This document shows, one piece after another, positions 51,100-62,068 of a stretch of 64,000 nucleotides of DNA (position 1 is its first letter; every line of letters starts with the position of its first letter). Under the pieces are notes generated by a model. The model made no database searches, was not told the DNA's origin, and worked only from the letters and a program-made list of their open reading frames with translations. Source of the stretch: Coleofasciculus sp. B1-GNL1-01 (GTDB lineage: Bacteria > Cyanobacteriota > Cyanobacteriia > Cyanobacteriales > Coleofasciculaceae); NCBI GenBank assembly GCA_040220235.1, contig JAVJTO010000109.1; one strand, given 5' to 3'. A program made the translations under genes and the position numbers.

Positions 51100-53025
51100 A
51101 TGACAATCCTTCAGTTTTTCCAGGAATGGCGGGGTGTATTCATTTCAGCGCCAACTGTCGCCGGATTAACCATTGCGCTGCGCTTAACCGGTGCGTTACA
51201 ACTCCTTGAATGGGCAGCATTAGATCAATTTTTCCGCTGGCGTCCTCCGGAACCTACCCCCGAACGGATTGCAATTGTGGCGATTACGGAAAAGGATATC
51301 CAAAATGCTGGACAGTGGCCCATTTCTGATCAGATGTTGGCACAGTTAATTGAGAAACTGAAACAGCAACAACCCAAAGCCATTGGTCTGGATTTATTTC
51401 GGGATTTGCCTGTGCCACCAGGTCATGACGAATTAATGAATGTTTTTGCCTCTACACCCAACCTAATTGGTATTGAAAAAGTTGTCGGCGATGCCTTGGG
51501 TGAACCTGTCGCCCCACCGCCTATTTTAAAGGAACAGGGTCAGGTGGGTGCAGCTAATGTGATTTTTGATCAAGATGGGAAAGTCCGCCGTGCCTTACTG
51601 TCAATTACCCTAAAAAATGGCGATACCATTGAAACCTTAGCCGCTAAGTTGGCATTACTTTATCTGGAAACCGAAGGCATTACCTTAGAAGAAATTGAAC
51701 CCGACTATAAATATGGCTTAGGTGATGCGGTATTTACTCGCCTACAACCCCAAGATGGCAGTTATATCAATGTCGATACAGGCGGGTACCAAATCCTGTT
51801 TAATTTTCGCAACCATGAATGTCGGGGAAAACTGGAGGGAACCTGTCCCGTCTATCCCACGGTGTCCATGACTGAGGTTCTAGAGGATAAAATTCCCCCA
51901 GATTGGGCAAACAATCGGATTGTTTTAATTGGTACAGCGGCAGAAAGTGTCAAGGATCGGATTTTTACCCCATACAGTAATAGTTTTTTCACCGCCCCGA
52001 ATGGCGTGGAAGTTAATGCAGATTTGACCAACCAAATTTTAAGTGCCGCATTAGATGGGCGTCCCCTGATCCAAATCTGGTCGGAACCGATAGAATGGGG
52101 CTGGATTATTCTCTGGTCGTTTGTCGGTGCAACCGTGGGCTGGAAAGCATTCCGTATCCGTTGGAAAGCCGCAGGACTTTTTGTGGTGGGAGGATTGCTG
52201 ACGATTGGGTCTTACTTTGCATTTCTGGCGGGGTGGTGGATACCGTTGGTTCCGCCTCTGTTAGCCCTGAGTGGTTCGGGTGTGGCGATTACTGCCTATA
52301 TCGCCTACACGGAAAGCGAAGACAAGCAAACCGTTATGCACCTCTTGGGACAACACGTCTCTCCTAAAATAGCCCAAGCCATCTGGCGCGATCGCAACCA
52401 ACTCCTCAAAGATGGACAGTTATCGGGACAGAAGCTAACCGCAACGGTTCTATTTACGGATTTAAAAGGCTTCACCACAATCACCGAAAACACCGACCCA
52501 GAAACCCTAATGGTCTGGTTAAATGATTACATGAATGTTATGGCAGAGACAGTTCTCAACCATAATGGCGTCCTAGATAAATTTATCGGTGATGCGGTGA
52601 TGGCAGTCTTTGGTATACCCATCCCCAGTACCACAGACGCCGAAATTACCCAGGATGCGATCGCGGCGGTGAATTGTGCCATAGAGATGGGCAAAAATCT
52701 GCGATCGCTGAATCAGCAATGGCAAACCCAAGGATTACCCACAGCCGCTATGCGTGTAGGAATTGCCACGGGTACAGTCGTCACCGGAAGTGTTGGTTCT
52801 CGCCAACGCCTCAACTACACCACCATTGGCGATAGTGTGAATATTGCCGCCCGGTTAGAAAGTTATGATAAATCGATTGATGGTGGACTCTGCCGTATTT
52901 TAATCAGCGAAGAAACCTATCAGCATATCCACGATAAATTTACCAGCAAATTTATTGGCACGGTGCAGTTAAAAGGACGCCAGCAATCCATCAAAATCTA
53001 TCAAATTTTAGAGTCAATCGAGTAA
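51100..53025 (+). CDS. CHASE2-sensor class III adenylate cyclase
   Basis: CHASE2 (IGLDLFRD, D.DGKVRR, GVE) and three TMs; FTDLKGFT, KFIGD and YTTIGDSVNIAARLE. Confidence 0.93.
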   Translation: MTILQFFQEWRGVFISAPTVAGLTIALRLTGALQLLEWAALDQFFRWRPPEPTPERIAIVAITEKDIQNAGQWPISDQMLAQLIEKLKQQQPKAIGLDLFRDLPVPPGHDELMNVFASTPNLIGIEKVVGDALGEPVAPPPILKEQGQVGAANVIFDQDGKVRRALLSITLKNGDTIETLAAKLALLYLETEGITLEEIEPDYKYGLGDAVFTRLQPQDGSYINVDTGGYQILFNFRNHECRGKLEGTCPVYPTVSMTEVLEDKIPPDWANNRIVLIGTAAESVKDRIFTPYSNSFFTAPNGVEVNADLTNQILSAALDGRPLIQIWSEPIEWGWIILWSFVGATVGWKAFRIRWKAAGLFVVGGLLTIGSYFAFLAGWWIPLVPPLLALSGSGVAITAYIAYTESEDKQTVMHLLGQHVSPKIAQAIWRDRNQLLKDGQLSGQKLTATVLFTDLKGFTTITENTDPETLMVWLNDYMNVMAETVLNHNGVLDKFIGDAVMAVFGIPIPSTTDAEITQDAIAAVNCAIEMGKNLRSLNQQWQTQGLPTAAMRVGIATGTVVTGSVGSRQRLNYTTIGDSVNIAARLESYDKSIDGGLCRILISEETYQHIHDKFTSKFIGTVQLKGRQQSIKIYQILESIE

Positions 53026-53125
53026 CCTGTTCGGCATTTAAACCTTAATGTCAACAACTGCCAAATCATTGTAATGTGAGCATCTTGCTCGCTACCCATT
53101 CCCAATTTAAATGCGTGACAGCTTA
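53023..53125. mobile_element. TA-flanked MITE-like element containing a REP; supplies the cyclase stop codon
   Basis: TIRs CTGTTCGGCATTTAAA / TTTAAATGCGTGACAG; homologous to 13421-13548. Confidence 0.75.
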
Positions 53126-53149
53126 ATAGCCATTAGGATCTACTTCAAA

Positions 53150-53470
53150 TTAACATTGTTTCAGCAGCGCAATCCACATATCAGGCGGACTGGCATAATA
53201 ATTAATCTTATCCACTTGATAGCGATTTGAAGTAGAACCTCTCTGCAAGATTAGATAATCACCAGGTTCTACGCCTTGACCCTGTTCTGTCATATACGCT
53301 CGAATTCCGCCATCTTTGGCGACAAATACATGATTGTGACGCTCATTGGATACTTTGTAGTGATGCGTTTTCTGCTGTCGCTGGGATGGATTGGATACAA
53401 TAATTTTTTGGTTTAAGGACAAATTCGTGGAAGAACGGGTTGCGAACTGGGTTGAGGACATATCTGACAC
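53150..53470 (-). CDS. Conserved hypothetical protein
   Basis: GDYLIL...RYQV..I.YY..PPDMWIALL. Confidence 0.65.
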   Translation of the reverse strand: MSDMSSTQFATRSSTNLSLNQKIIVSNPSQRQQKTHHYKVSNERHNHVFVAKDGGIRAYMTEQGQGVEPGDYLILQRGSTSNRYQVDKINYYASPPDMWIALLKQC

Positions 53471-53836
53471 GTCTTAGCTCAATGTTACAAGTTGTTAGAA
53501 AAAGTTATTCCTGAAAATGCATGACTACATTTTCATACCAATTGTTGATTGACTAATTAAGTTTTATCAAAGTCAGTGGCTGTCTATCTCAGCAAAATAG
53601 CGTAATTTTTATCCGCCTGATCACCGATATTCGGATAAATAAACTATTGTAAAGATATTTTTATGTAAATATACAAAATTAAAATAATCTTTTCATTAAA
53701 TAGGTTAAATAGTCGTGTATTATAAACAGATTTGGTTTTGTTGGCAGCGGTAAAGATAGTTGAAGCACTGGGAGTAGCTGCTGTCATTGAAATGAACACT
53801 GTCTATAGTTTTGTAAAGTTTTATTAAGGGTAGCTC

Positions 53837-54142
53837 ATGATTCCAGGGGAACTCATCATCCAAAAGGGAGAGATTGAACTGAATGCGGGACGTCCTACCT
53901 TGCGCCTGTCGGTAGCGAATACAGGCGATCGCCCGATTCAGGTGGGTTCTCATTTCCATTTCTATGAAGTGAATGACGCTCTCACCTTTGATCGAGAGCA
54001 AGCCAAGGGAATGCGGTTAAACATCCCGGCGGGTACAGCCGTGCGTTTTGAACCGGGAGATGAACGGGAGGTTGAGTTAGTTCCGTTTGTCGGTAGTCGT
54101 CAGGTTTATGGGTTTAATGGCAGAGTCAATGGGGCGCTATAA
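53837..54142 (+). CDS. ureB: Urease beta subunit
   Basis: [17 protein letters not shown] and [15 protein letters not shown]. Confidence 0.98.
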   Translation: MIPGELIIQKGEIELNAGRPTLRLSVANTGDRPIQVGSHFHFYEVNDALTFDREQAKGMRLNIPAGTAVRFEPGDEREVELVPFVGSRQVYGFNGRVNGAL

Positions 54143-54143
54143 C

Positions 54144-54185
54144 GGGGAGCTGGGGGAGCTGGGGGAGCTGGGGAAGCTGGGGAAG
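54144..54185. repeat. Tandem 9-mer GGGGAGCTG
   Basis: About 4.5 copies. Confidence 0.85.
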
Positions 54186-54210
54186 TCATAACATACGCTT
54201 ATGCTACTCT

Positions 54211-54274
54211 AGATCCCCGACTTCCTGGTTGAAACCCTGATGTCACCAATGAATTGATTCAGAAGTTGGGGATT
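54211..54274. repeat. ATCCCCGA-family palindrome with expanded loop
   Basis: AGATCCCCGACTTC ... GAAGTTGGGGATTT. Confidence 0.65.
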
Positions 54275-54307
54275 TATCGGATAAGTAGCAAGAATTGTGG
54301 CTTAGGG

Positions 54308-55660
54308 TCAGGAATTGACGGGACTGTGAGCCACCGAGGACGCTTTTATCGGGGAGTTATCCGATACCCGTTGTAATCGTGCGCCAAGTTTCTGTAACTT
54401 CGCCTCTAGCTTCTCATACCCTCGGTCTAAATGATGCAGTCCCTGAATTGTGGTTTTACCATCGGCGGCTAAGGCGGCTAATATCAGCGCAGCGGACGCT
54501 CGTAAGTCAGTGGCAACTACAGGGGCTCCTGATAACAAAGGGACACCGCGCACGATCGCATTATTCCCTTTAATCCGAATATCTGCCCCCATGCGATTCA
54601 GTTCAGGAACATGTCCTAAACGATTTTCAAACACGGTTTCAGTAATTACACTATCCCCATCACTCAGGGTTAGGAGTGCCATGAAGGGAGCCTGCATATC
54701 CGTGGGAAATCCGGGATAGGGCAAGGTTTCAATATCCGTCGCCCGAATAATTCCCGTCGGGATAATCCGCAGACAGTCTGGGGTTTCCTGAATCACTCTC
54801 ATGCCAATATCTTGGAGTTTGGCGATCGCGGCGGTAATATGATCAGGCACAACCGGGGACAGGGTGAGTTCTGACTGAGTAATTGCCGCCGCCACTAAAA
54901 ACGTACCCGTTTCGATGCGATCGGGAATAATCGAGTAGTCTACTGAATGTAAACTGGGAACGCCAGAAATAATAATCGTGTTGGTTCCCGCCCCTCGAAT
55001 CTTTGCACCCATGGCGTTACAAAAATTTGCCAAATCCACCACTTCTGGCTCTTGGGCAGCATTTTCTAAGATCGTTTCCCCTTCTGCTAACGTCGCCGCC
55101 ATCATCAGAGTTTCCGTTGCACCCACACTGGGATAGTCCAGATAAATTTTTGCCCCATTTAACCGCCGCCGTCCATTCCCCCTCACATAAGCATGAACCA
55201 TACCATGCTCAATTTGCACCTCAGCCCCCAGCGCTTGCAATCCCCTAACATGAAGATCGACAGGTCTAGCGCCAATGGCACAGCCACCCGGTAAAGGAAC
55301 TTGAGCCGCACCCAATCGTGCCAACAGAGAGCCAATCACAAAGAAACTGGCTCGAAGCTGATTCACAATCTCGTAGGGGGCTTTTGACTGCTTCAAATGA
55401 CGAGCATTGATATCCAAGATATCTCCTTGGCGCTCTAGCTTTACACCCAAAGCCGCCAGCACCTGACCCATCCGCCCTATATCTACCAGAGAAGGCACAT
55501 TACGCAGTCGGCAATCTTCAGGACATAGCAGCGCCCCTGCCATAATTGCCAATGCTGAGTTCTTCGCGCCACTAATGGTGACATGTCCTTTCAGGGACGA
55601 TCTGCCCCAAATCTCTAGAACGGATGGGTTTGACTTGGGTGCAGAGCCAGTATCTGTCAA
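54308..55660 (-). CDS. murA: UDP-N-acetylglucosamine 1-carboxyvinyltransferase
   Basis: [31 protein letters not shown] and DLRASAA; start uncertain. Confidence 0.98.
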   Translation of the reverse strand: MTDTGSAPKSNPSVLEIWGRSSLKGHVTISGAKNSALAIMAGALLCPEDCRLRNVPSLVDIGRMGQVLAALGVKLERQGDILDINARHLKQSKAPYEIVNQLRASFFVIGSLLARLGAAQVPLPGGCAIGARPVDLHVRGLQALGAEVQIEHGMVHAYVRGNGRRRLNGAKIYLDYPSVGATETLMMAATLAEGETILENAAQEPEVVDLANFCNAMGAKIRGAGTNTIIISGVPSLHSVDYSIIPDRIETGTFLVAAAITQSELTLSPVVPDHITAAIAKLQDIGMRVIQETPDCLRIIPTGIIRATDIETLPYPGFPTDMQAPFMALLTLSDGDSVITETVFENRLGHVPELNRMGADIRIKGNNAIVRGVPLLSGAPVVATDLRASAALILAALAADGKTTIQGLHHLDRGYEKLEAKLQKLGARLQRVSDNSPIKASSVAHSPVNS

Positions 55661-55840
55661 ATTAAGAGAGTGGTTGATAGGTCTATCCTCCAGAATCGGT
55701 GAAATCTTGGCATGTTTTAAAATTTGGTTTTGATTCTACCTGAAAGAGGGCAAATGTCTAGATTTGTCCCCCAAAATAGTGAATCGACCAGCCTTGGATT
55801 GTACCTTGTCCGATGCTGAAAATCCGCAAAAAAGAAATAG

Positions 55841-55870
55841 TTGACAAATGGGTCAGGATTGTTGCATGAT
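55841..55870 (+). promoter_or_regulatory. Putative tRNA promoter
   Basis: TTGACA-N18-CATGAT. Confidence 0.45.
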
Positions 55871-55900
55871 AGAAAACTGCATGGAAAATTAAACAACCCA

Positions 55901-55984
55901 GCGGAACTGGCGGAATTGGTAGACGCGCTAGATTCAGGTTCTAGTGTTCGCAAGAACTTCCGGGTTCAAGTCCCGGGTTCCGCA
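55901..55984 (+). tRNA. trnL: tRNA-Leu(CAG)
   Basis: GCGGAAC/GTTCCGC acceptor stem, CTAGA-TTCAGGT-TCTAG anticodon arm, long variable arm, GTTCAAG T-loop; CCA not encoded. Confidence 0.96.
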
Positions 55985-55993
55985 TAGAAAATT

Positions 55994-56020
55994 GTAGAGA
56001 CGCGCCATGGCGCGTCTCTA
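55994..56020. repeat. GTAG-type REP palindrome just after the tRNA
   Basis: GTAGAGACGCGCCATGGCGCGTCTCTA. Confidence 0.88.
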
Positions 56021-56035
56021 AATACCATTGAAATA

Positions 56036-56833
56036 ATGCTAACCAGTACCAAAAATCCTCTAGTTAAGGCAATTCGGAAATTGCACACAGCCAAAGGACG
56101 ACGGGAGGAGCAACTTCTGTTGTTAGAGGGAACTCATCTGTTAGCAGAAGCCTGTGCGGTCAATTATCCCTTAGTCACGCTTTGTTGTACACCCGATTGG
56201 CAGCAGAGTCATCCCCAACTTTGGCAAGACGCTACCCCTCACTGCCAGCGTGTAGAACTTGTTAGCGCCTCGGTTCTCAAAGCCATGGCGACAACGGTTC
56301 AGCCAGATGGCGTAGTGGTAACGGCAAAATCTTCATTCCTCGCCCCGCCTCAGATTCCCTGTTCCCTTGGTTTAGTTTTAGAGACGCTGCAAGATCCAGG
56401 AAACTTAGGTACGATCATTCGTACCGCCACCGCAGCCGATGTGGATGGTTTATGGCTCAGTCCAGACAGTGTAGACTTAGAAAATCCCAAAGTATTACGG
56501 GCTTCAGCCGGTCAATGGTTTCATCTGCCCATGAATGCCAATGCTAATCTGACTCAGGTGGTTAAGCAAAGTCAGGCTCAAGGGGTACAAGTTGTGGCGA
56601 CTTTACCCAAGGCGACATTAAGTTACTGGGAGGTAGACTGGCGCTGTTCTAGCTTAATTCTACTGGGCAATGAGGCGGCGGGGCTGCGTCCTGAGTTAGC
56701 CACACTCGCTGATCAATCGGTACAAATTCCCCTAGGTCAGAATGTAGAATCGTTAAATGTGGCGATCGCGGCAGCTTTAATCGTGTATGAAGCCCTGCGC
56801 CAACGGGTTGGGGGAACAGGGAATAGGCAATAG
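56036..56833 (+). CDS. TrmH/SpoU family RNA methyltransferase
   Basis: QDPGNLGTIIRTA, LGNEAAGL and ESLNVA. Confidence 0.95.
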   Translation: MLTSTKNPLVKAIRKLHTAKGRREEQLLLLEGTHLLAEACAVNYPLVTLCCTPDWQQSHPQLWQDATPHCQRVELVSASVLKAMATTVQPDGVVVTAKSSFLAPPQIPCSLGLVLETLQDPGNLGTIIRTATAADVDGLWLSPDSVDLENPKVLRASAGQWFHLPMNANANLTQVVKQSQAQGVQVVATLPKATLSYWEVDWRCSSLILLGNEAAGLRPELATLADQSVQIPLGQNVESLNVAIAAALIVYEALRQRVGGTGNRQ

Positions 56834-56929
56834 GCAATAGGCAATAGGGAATGGGGAATAGTGAATAGGCAATGGGCTATAGAAATTTTGTCCCTTATCT
56901 CCCCCTGCTTCCCCAGCTTCCCCATCTCT

Positions 56930-57202
56930 CTATTCCTCCTCCAGTGGTTCAGTGTCACCAAAAAATGCATCTAGATCAGCTGCCGCTTCTTCGAGAAGAT
57001 CTAGATCAAAAACGTCATCGTCTGACTGAGCCGATTTTGATTGAGGAGTTTTTGATTGAGAAGTAGGGGATTTCAATGAAGAAGGACGGGATTTCGATTG
57101 GGGAGGAGGAGATGTATGACCCAAGAGATTCTCCAGTTGGTCAAGTGACTCTACAAACGCTCTAGCTGCTTCATTTCGATGATTTTGTTGAGACTCGCGC
57201 AT
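56930..57202 (-). CDS. Small conserved hypothetical protein
   Basis: AARAF.ESLDQL ... LEEAAADLDAF. Confidence 0.7.
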   Translation of the reverse strand: MRESQQNHRNEAARAFVESLDQLENLLGHTSPPPQSKSRPSSLKSPTSQSKTPQSKSAQSDDDVFDLDLLEEAAADLDAFFGDTEPLEEE

Positions 57203-57350
57203 AATGGTTTTATCCCCTAAAGCTATTGTTTATTGAGAGTGAACGCTACTCATTAGCCTATACTCGGAAAAACAACACCCTTACCGTTTCATTCTATGGT
57301 ATAGTTTTTTAGTTTTAGGGCTAGCTGCAAAAATGGTAAATATTAAGAAT

Positions 57351-57416
57351 CCTCAAATCCTTACTGTTGCCTGTTGCCTAATCTCAACCGTTAACTTTAA
57401 TGAAAGTACGACTACT
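57351..57416 (-). repeat. Dispersed repeat homologous to 13347-13415
   Basis: AGTAGTCG.ACTTTCATTA.AGTT.ACGGTTGAGAT...CAGTAAGGATTTGAGG. Confidence 0.75.
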
Positions 57417-57711
57417 GAGATTAGGACAAGAAATTGCTCTACTGAGTCAAATGGCAATCTGCGATAAAATCTCCGCTTTTTCGGGAAATAATATTTACTC
57501 AAAAAATAGTTTTTGTATAATCAAAGATGCCAAAAATTATGTCGAAGCAATTAAACCACAATCTAAGAAATCTCCGTGACCTATCCAATTTAACAAACGC
57601 ACAACCCTTAAAGAAACCACCGCCTCAGCTAGATCAGGCAAAATTTTTTAGCAAAAGCTTGCGATTAGTCAGGGGTCAAGTTGAAAATAAGGGGGCAATT
57701 GCGTCAGGAAA

Positions 57712-59151
57712 ATGGATGTGAGTCAAGAATTTGATTACGATTTAGTGATTATCGGTGCTGGCGTCGGTGGACATGGCGCGGCATTACACGCGGTAAGTTG
57801 CGGATTGAAAACCGCCATCATTGAAGCATCGGAGATGGGCGGGACTTGTGTGAATCGTGGTTGTATCCCGTCAAAAGCCCTATTAGCCGCCTCAGGGCGG
57901 GTGCGTGAGTTACGCAATACTCATCATCTGGAATCCTTGGGAATTCAGGTGGGTGGCGTGAACTTTGACCGAGGCGCGATCGCGAATCATGCCAATACCC
58001 TGGTGAGTAAAATTCGTGGCGATCTCACCAACAGCCTCAAACGTTTAAAGGTGGATATCATTCCCGGTTGGGGTCGAGTGGCGGAACCCCAAAAAGTAAC
58101 GGTGACAACAGACGAGGGTGAAAAAACAGTCACCGCCAAAGACATTATCCTCTGTACAGGTTCCGTTCCCTTCGTTCCCCCCGGTATTGAACTTGACGGG
58201 AAAACCGTCTTCACCAGCGATCAGGCACTAAAGCTGGAATGGTTACCTCAATGGGTGGCAATTGTTGGCAGTGGTTATATCGGGTTAGAGTTTGCTGATA
58301 TCTATACCGCCCTAGGGTCAGAAATCACGATGATTGAAGCCCTGGATCAGTTAATGCCCACCTTTGACCCCGATATTGCCAAACTCGCCAGCCGGGTACT
58401 GATTTCTCCCCGCGATATGGAAACCTATTCCGGCACTCTGGCACAAAAAGTGACTCCGGGTTCACCGGTGGTGATTGAACTAGCGGATGCTAAAACCAAG
58501 GAAGTCGTGGATGTCTTGGAAGTGGATGCCTGCTTAGTCGCCACGGGACGGATTCCGGTCAGTAAAGATTTAGGCTTAGACGCCGTAGGCGTGGAAACAG
58601 ATCGCCGAGGCTTCATCCCTGTCAATGATCAAATGGCAGTGTTATCGGGTGAGGAAACCGTTCCCCACCTCTGGGCAATTGGAGACGCTACGGGTAAACT
58701 CATGCTGGCACATGCGGCATCCGCTCAAGGAGTTGTCGCCGTAGAAAATATTTGTGGGCGTCAGCGTACTATTGACTATCGCAGCATCCCCGCCGCCGCC
58801 TTTACCCATCCAGAAATTAGTTACGTGGGACTCACTGAACCCGCCGCCAAGGAACTCGGTGAACAAGAGGGATTTGAAGTTGCCTCAGTGAGGACGTATT
58901 TTAAAGGAAATTCCAAAGCGATCGCCGAAGGAGAGGCGGATGGGATTGCCAAAGTTATTTATCGTAAAGATAGCGGTGAAATCCTCGGCGTTCACATCTT
59001 AGGCATCCACGCCTCTGACTTAATTCACGAAGCCTCAAACGCGATCGCCCAGCGACAGTCCGTGAATACTTTGGCATACTTAGTCCATGCTCATCCCACT
59101 TTGTCAGAAGTCCTTGACGAAGCCTACAAGCGAGCCGTTGCTAGTCATTAG
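57712..59151 (+). CDS. lpdA: Dihydrolipoyl dehydrogenase
   Basis: [19 protein letters not shown] and HAHPTLSE. Confidence 0.97.
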   Translation: MDVSQEFDYDLVIIGAGVGGHGAALHAVSCGLKTAIIEASEMGGTCVNRGCIPSKALLAASGRVRELRNTHHLESLGIQVGGVNFDRGAIANHANTLVSKIRGDLTNSLKRLKVDIIPGWGRVAEPQKVTVTTDEGEKTVTAKDIILCTGSVPFVPPGIELDGKTVFTSDQALKLEWLPQWVAIVGSGYIGLEFADIYTALGSEITMIEALDQLMPTFDPDIAKLASRVLISPRDMETYSGTLAQKVTPGSPVVIELADAKTKEVVDVLEVDACLVATGRIPVSKDLGLDAVGVETDRRGFIPVNDQMAVLSGEETVPHLWAIGDATGKLMLAHAASAQGVVAVENICGRQRTIDYRSIPAAAFTHPEISYVGLTEPAAKELGEQEGFEVASVRTYFKGNSKAIAEGEADGIAKVIYRKDSGEILGVHILGIHASDLIHEASNAIAQRQSVNTLAYLVHAHPTLSEVLDEAYKRAVASH

Positions 59152-59180
59152 ACAAGGCAGGAGGCAATAGGCAATAGGCA

Positions 59181-59205
59181 ACACCTCGGCTTCGCTCGGT
59201 GTGTC
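59181..59205 (+). mobile_element. Single 25-nt small dispersed repeat inserted in a GCAATAG array
   Basis: GCA|ACACCTCGGCTTCGCTCGGTGTGTC|ATAG. Confidence 0.8.
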
Positions 59206-59244
59206 ATAGGCAATAGAGTTTTTTTGACAAAGGACATAAGACCA

Positions 59245-60147
59245 ATGACAAATGACCAAAAACAAATTCGCCGTCGTCCACCTAATCCGGCGGTTGACCT
59301 GAATATCCTGCGCTATCAAGTTGTTCTCCCAGATGCCCAGCCACGGCATATCCTAGAAGAAATTGTCTGGCATAAAGAAAAAGAAGTTGACCAGATGCGG
59401 GAACGGCTGAACTTAGCTCAACTGCGGAAACAGATCGAGTCAGCCCCGCCAGTGCGTGACTTTAAAGCGGCGTTATTAGCGGCAAAGACTCGTCCCGCCT
59501 TAATTGCTGAAGTCAAAAAGGCATCACCGAGTAAAGGGGTGATTCGGGAAGAATTTGACCCAGTTGCCATTGCCCAGGCTTACGAACAAGGGGGGGCGAG
59601 TGCCATATCCGTGCTGACGGATAAAAAGTTTTTCCAAGGGAGTTGGGACAATCTCAGCTATGTCAGGGAAACTGTAAATTTGCCCATTCTGTGTAAAGAG
59701 TTCATCATTTATCCTTATCAACTCTATCTGGCTCGGAGTCGTGGCGCTGATGCGGTGTTGCTGATTGCGGCGATCTTGTCGGATCAAGACTTACGGTATT
59801 TTGTCAAAATTGCCAATGGGTTATCCATGACCCCTTTGATCGAAGTGCATACTCTGGATGAATTAGACCGCGTGTTATCGGTAGATGGCGTTACCCTAGT
59901 AGGTATAAACAATCGCAACTTGACAGATTTCTCGGTTGATTTGCAAACGACCTGCCAACTTTTGGCAGCACGAAGTCAGCAGCTTAAAGAACGCGGTATT
60001 CTGGTTGTCAGTGAGTCAGGACTGCGTAAACGTGCTGATTTAGAGCAGGTCGCATCGGCGGGGGCTACAGCCGTACTGATCGGTGAATCATTGGTCAAAC
60101 AGCCTGATCCAGCCCTAGCCGTTACCAATCTGTACTCGTTCAACTGA
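59245..60147 (+). CDS. trpC: Indole-3-glycerol phosphate synthase
   Basis: [28 protein letters not shown] and VSESG. Confidence 0.97.
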   Translation: MTNDQKQIRRRPPNPAVDLNILRYQVVLPDAQPRHILEEIVWHKEKEVDQMRERLNLAQLRKQIESAPPVRDFKAALLAAKTRPALIAEVKKASPSKGVIREEFDPVAIAQAYEQGGASAISVLTDKKFFQGSWDNLSYVRETVNLPILCKEFIIYPYQLYLARSRGADAVLLIAAILSDQDLRYFVKIANGLSMTPLIEVHTLDELDRVLSVDGVTLVGINNRNLTDFSVDLQTTCQLLAARSQQLKERGILVVSESGLRKRADLEQVASAGATAVLIGESLVKQPDPALAVTNLYSFN

Positions 60148-60188
60148 AGCGCGATCGCAATTCGTCCATTTAAGGTAAACCCGGTTTC

Positions 60189-60476
60189 ATGGAGCCAATA
60201 CCCCTTCCGTCTTATATTCACTACGAACTGCTACTACAGATGCTAGAGCGTCATACTTCCTTTGCCACGAATCAAAACCCCATGATTCGAGAACAGGTGC
60301 ATCAATTGATTGTTACCCTCCGCAAAGCGTTAGCCCAGCAGAAACAACTCGAACAAACCTGTAATCGGCTCAATTTACCAGTTGAGTACCGTTGGTTTCT
60401 CAATAGTGTCAATGTTGAGTCAAAATCATCAGATAATGGTTTTCCCCTAGATTCGGATACCAAAACCCAGTCATGA
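60189..60476 (+). CDS. DUF5340-like conserved cyanobacterial protein
   Basis: PLPS.IHYELLLQ.LE ... LRKA..QQK. Confidence 0.75.
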   Translation: MEPIPLPSYIHYELLLQMLERHTSFATNQNPMIREQVHQLIVTLRKALAQQKQLEQTCNRLNLPVEYRWFLNSVNVESKSSDNGFPLDSDTKTQS

Positions 60477-60529
60477 GATAGTGGTGTGATTCAGAATTAG
60501 GTGATGCTCAAAGGTTGAGGATAAAGCTC

Positions 60530-61684
60530 ATGGATAATAAGTTGATGCTGATGATTCCCGGACCAACACCGGTGCCTGAACAGGTTTTGCTGGCGTTAGC
60601 CCAGCATCCGATCGGACATCGCAGTGGGGAATTTAGTGCCGTTATGGCAGAGGTAACCCAAAACCTAAAATGGTTGCACCAGACTCAAAATGATGTTTTG
60701 GTGTTAACGGTGAGTGGTACGGGTGCCATGGAAGCTGGGATTATTAATTTTTTGAGTCCTGGCGATCGGGTTTTGGTCGGAAGTAATGGCAAATTTGGCG
60801 ATCGCTGGGCGAAGATGAGCGCGGCGTTTGGTTTAGAGGTGGAGACGATTACGACACCGTGGGGTCAACCCCTTGATCCGGAGGTGTTTCGTCAAAAGCT
60901 GGAAGCGGATACGGATAAGACGATCAAAGCCGTCATCGTTACCCATTCAGAAACCTCCACCGGGGTACTCAATGACCTGGAAACGATTAATCGTTATGTC
61001 AAAGACCATGGTCAAGCTCTAATTATTGTAGATGCAGTAACCAGTGTGGGCGCGGTCAATTTACCCATTGATGAGTGGGGGATTGATGTAGTGGCGTCAG
61101 GTGCCCAGAAAGGCTATATGGTTCCCCCAGGATTAGGATTTGTTTGTGTCTCAGATAAGGCATGGCAAGCCTACGAAACGGCTAAACTGCCTCGCTTTTA
61201 TTTAGATTTGGGAAGCTATCGCAAAGCAGCACAAAAGAATAGTAATCCGTTTACGCCTCCGGTCAATTTAATGTTGGGACTGCAAACGGCGTTGCGAATG
61301 ATGAAAGCTGAGGGGTTAGATAATATTTTTGCTCGTCATCAACGCTTGATGCAGGCAACTCGGGCGGCGGTTGAGGCGCTTTCCCTTCCTTTATTTGCTC
61401 CGGATAATGCTGCTAGTCCCGCAGTAACGGCGGTAGCCCCTACGTCGATTGAAGCCGAACAAATTCGTAGCGTGATGAAAAAGCGCTTTGATATTTCCCT
61501 GGCTGGGGGACAAGATCACTTCAAAGGGAAACTATTCCGGATTGGTCACTTAGGCTTTGTCTGCGATCGCGATATTTTGGCGGCGATTGGGGCGCTAGAA
61601 GCCACGTTGCGGGAATTAGGTTATGAGTCCATGACACCAGGAGCCGGAGTGTCAGCAGCCGCTCGCGTCTTGACTCAATCGTAG
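60530..61684 (+). CDS. Class V PLP aminotransferase (alanine/serine-glyoxylate family)
   Basis: LMIPGPTP, HSETSTG, VDAVTS, GAQKGYM.PPG and FRIGHLG. Confidence 0.93.
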   Translation: MDNKLMLMIPGPTPVPEQVLLALAQHPIGHRSGEFSAVMAEVTQNLKWLHQTQNDVLVLTVSGTGAMEAGIINFLSPGDRVLVGSNGKFGDRWAKMSAAFGLEVETITTPWGQPLDPEVFRQKLEADTDKTIKAVIVTHSETSTGVLNDLETINRYVKDHGQALIIVDAVTSVGAVNLPIDEWGIDVVASGAQKGYMVPPGLGFVCVSDKAWQAYETAKLPRFYLDLGSYRKAAQKNSNPFTPPVNLMLGLQTALRMMKAEGLDNIFARHQRLMQATRAAVEALSLPLFAPDNAASPAVTAVAPTSIEAEQIRSVMKKRFDISLAGGQDHFKGKLFRIGHLGFVCDRDILAAIGALEATLRELGYESMTPGAGVSAAARVLTQS

Positions 61685-61715
61685 GTTAAGCCATAAACGA
61701 GACACCCAAGACGCC

Positions 61716-61749
61716 AAAAAAGAGCGGGTCAACTAGCGACCCGCTCTTT
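61716..61749. terminator. Bidirectional intrinsic terminator
   Basis: AAAAAAGAGCGGGTC-N7-GACCCGCTCTTT between convergent genes. Confidence 0.75.
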
Positions 61750-61876
61750 CTGGTAGAGGACTCAACGGTCAATGGATCATAGGGTATGAATTTCGACGGT
61801 TTAGACGTGAATGGATTATTCCCAAAGCGTAAGCATTTAGACATTCTTCATTTTCTCCTGACCGATTGTTTGGGTT

Positions 61877-62068
61877 TCAGACTGTTTCCAGCCAGTCATA
61901 GATTTGGTCTAATTGCTGCAATGTGACTAAACCGTACTGCCACAGAATCATCGGTAATGGTCCTGGGTCTTGTTCCCGACGTCGTTGAGCGATCGCAATG
62001 GAATCAGTAGAAATTGCCAATTCCTCTTGCAAAAATCGTAAAAATTCAGAATAGGTTGCAGGTGCCAT
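61877..62068 (-). CDS. DUF2949 family protein
   Basis: FLQEELAI ... PLPMILWQYGL ... IYDWL; GGAGG RBS upstream. Confidence 0.88.
   Translation of the reverse strand: MAPATYSEFLRFLQEELAISTDSIAIAQRRREQDPGPLPMILWQYGLVTLQQLDQIYDWLETV

Noticed and set aside
53720..54001. 93-aa minus-strand ORF
   Set aside because: Overlaps ureB antisense; no recognisable motif
55901..56020. tRNA as an integration site
   Set aside because: No integrase and no duplicated tRNA 3' end seen
57527..57721. 64-aa ORF upstream of lpdA
   Set aside because: No motif or RBS support
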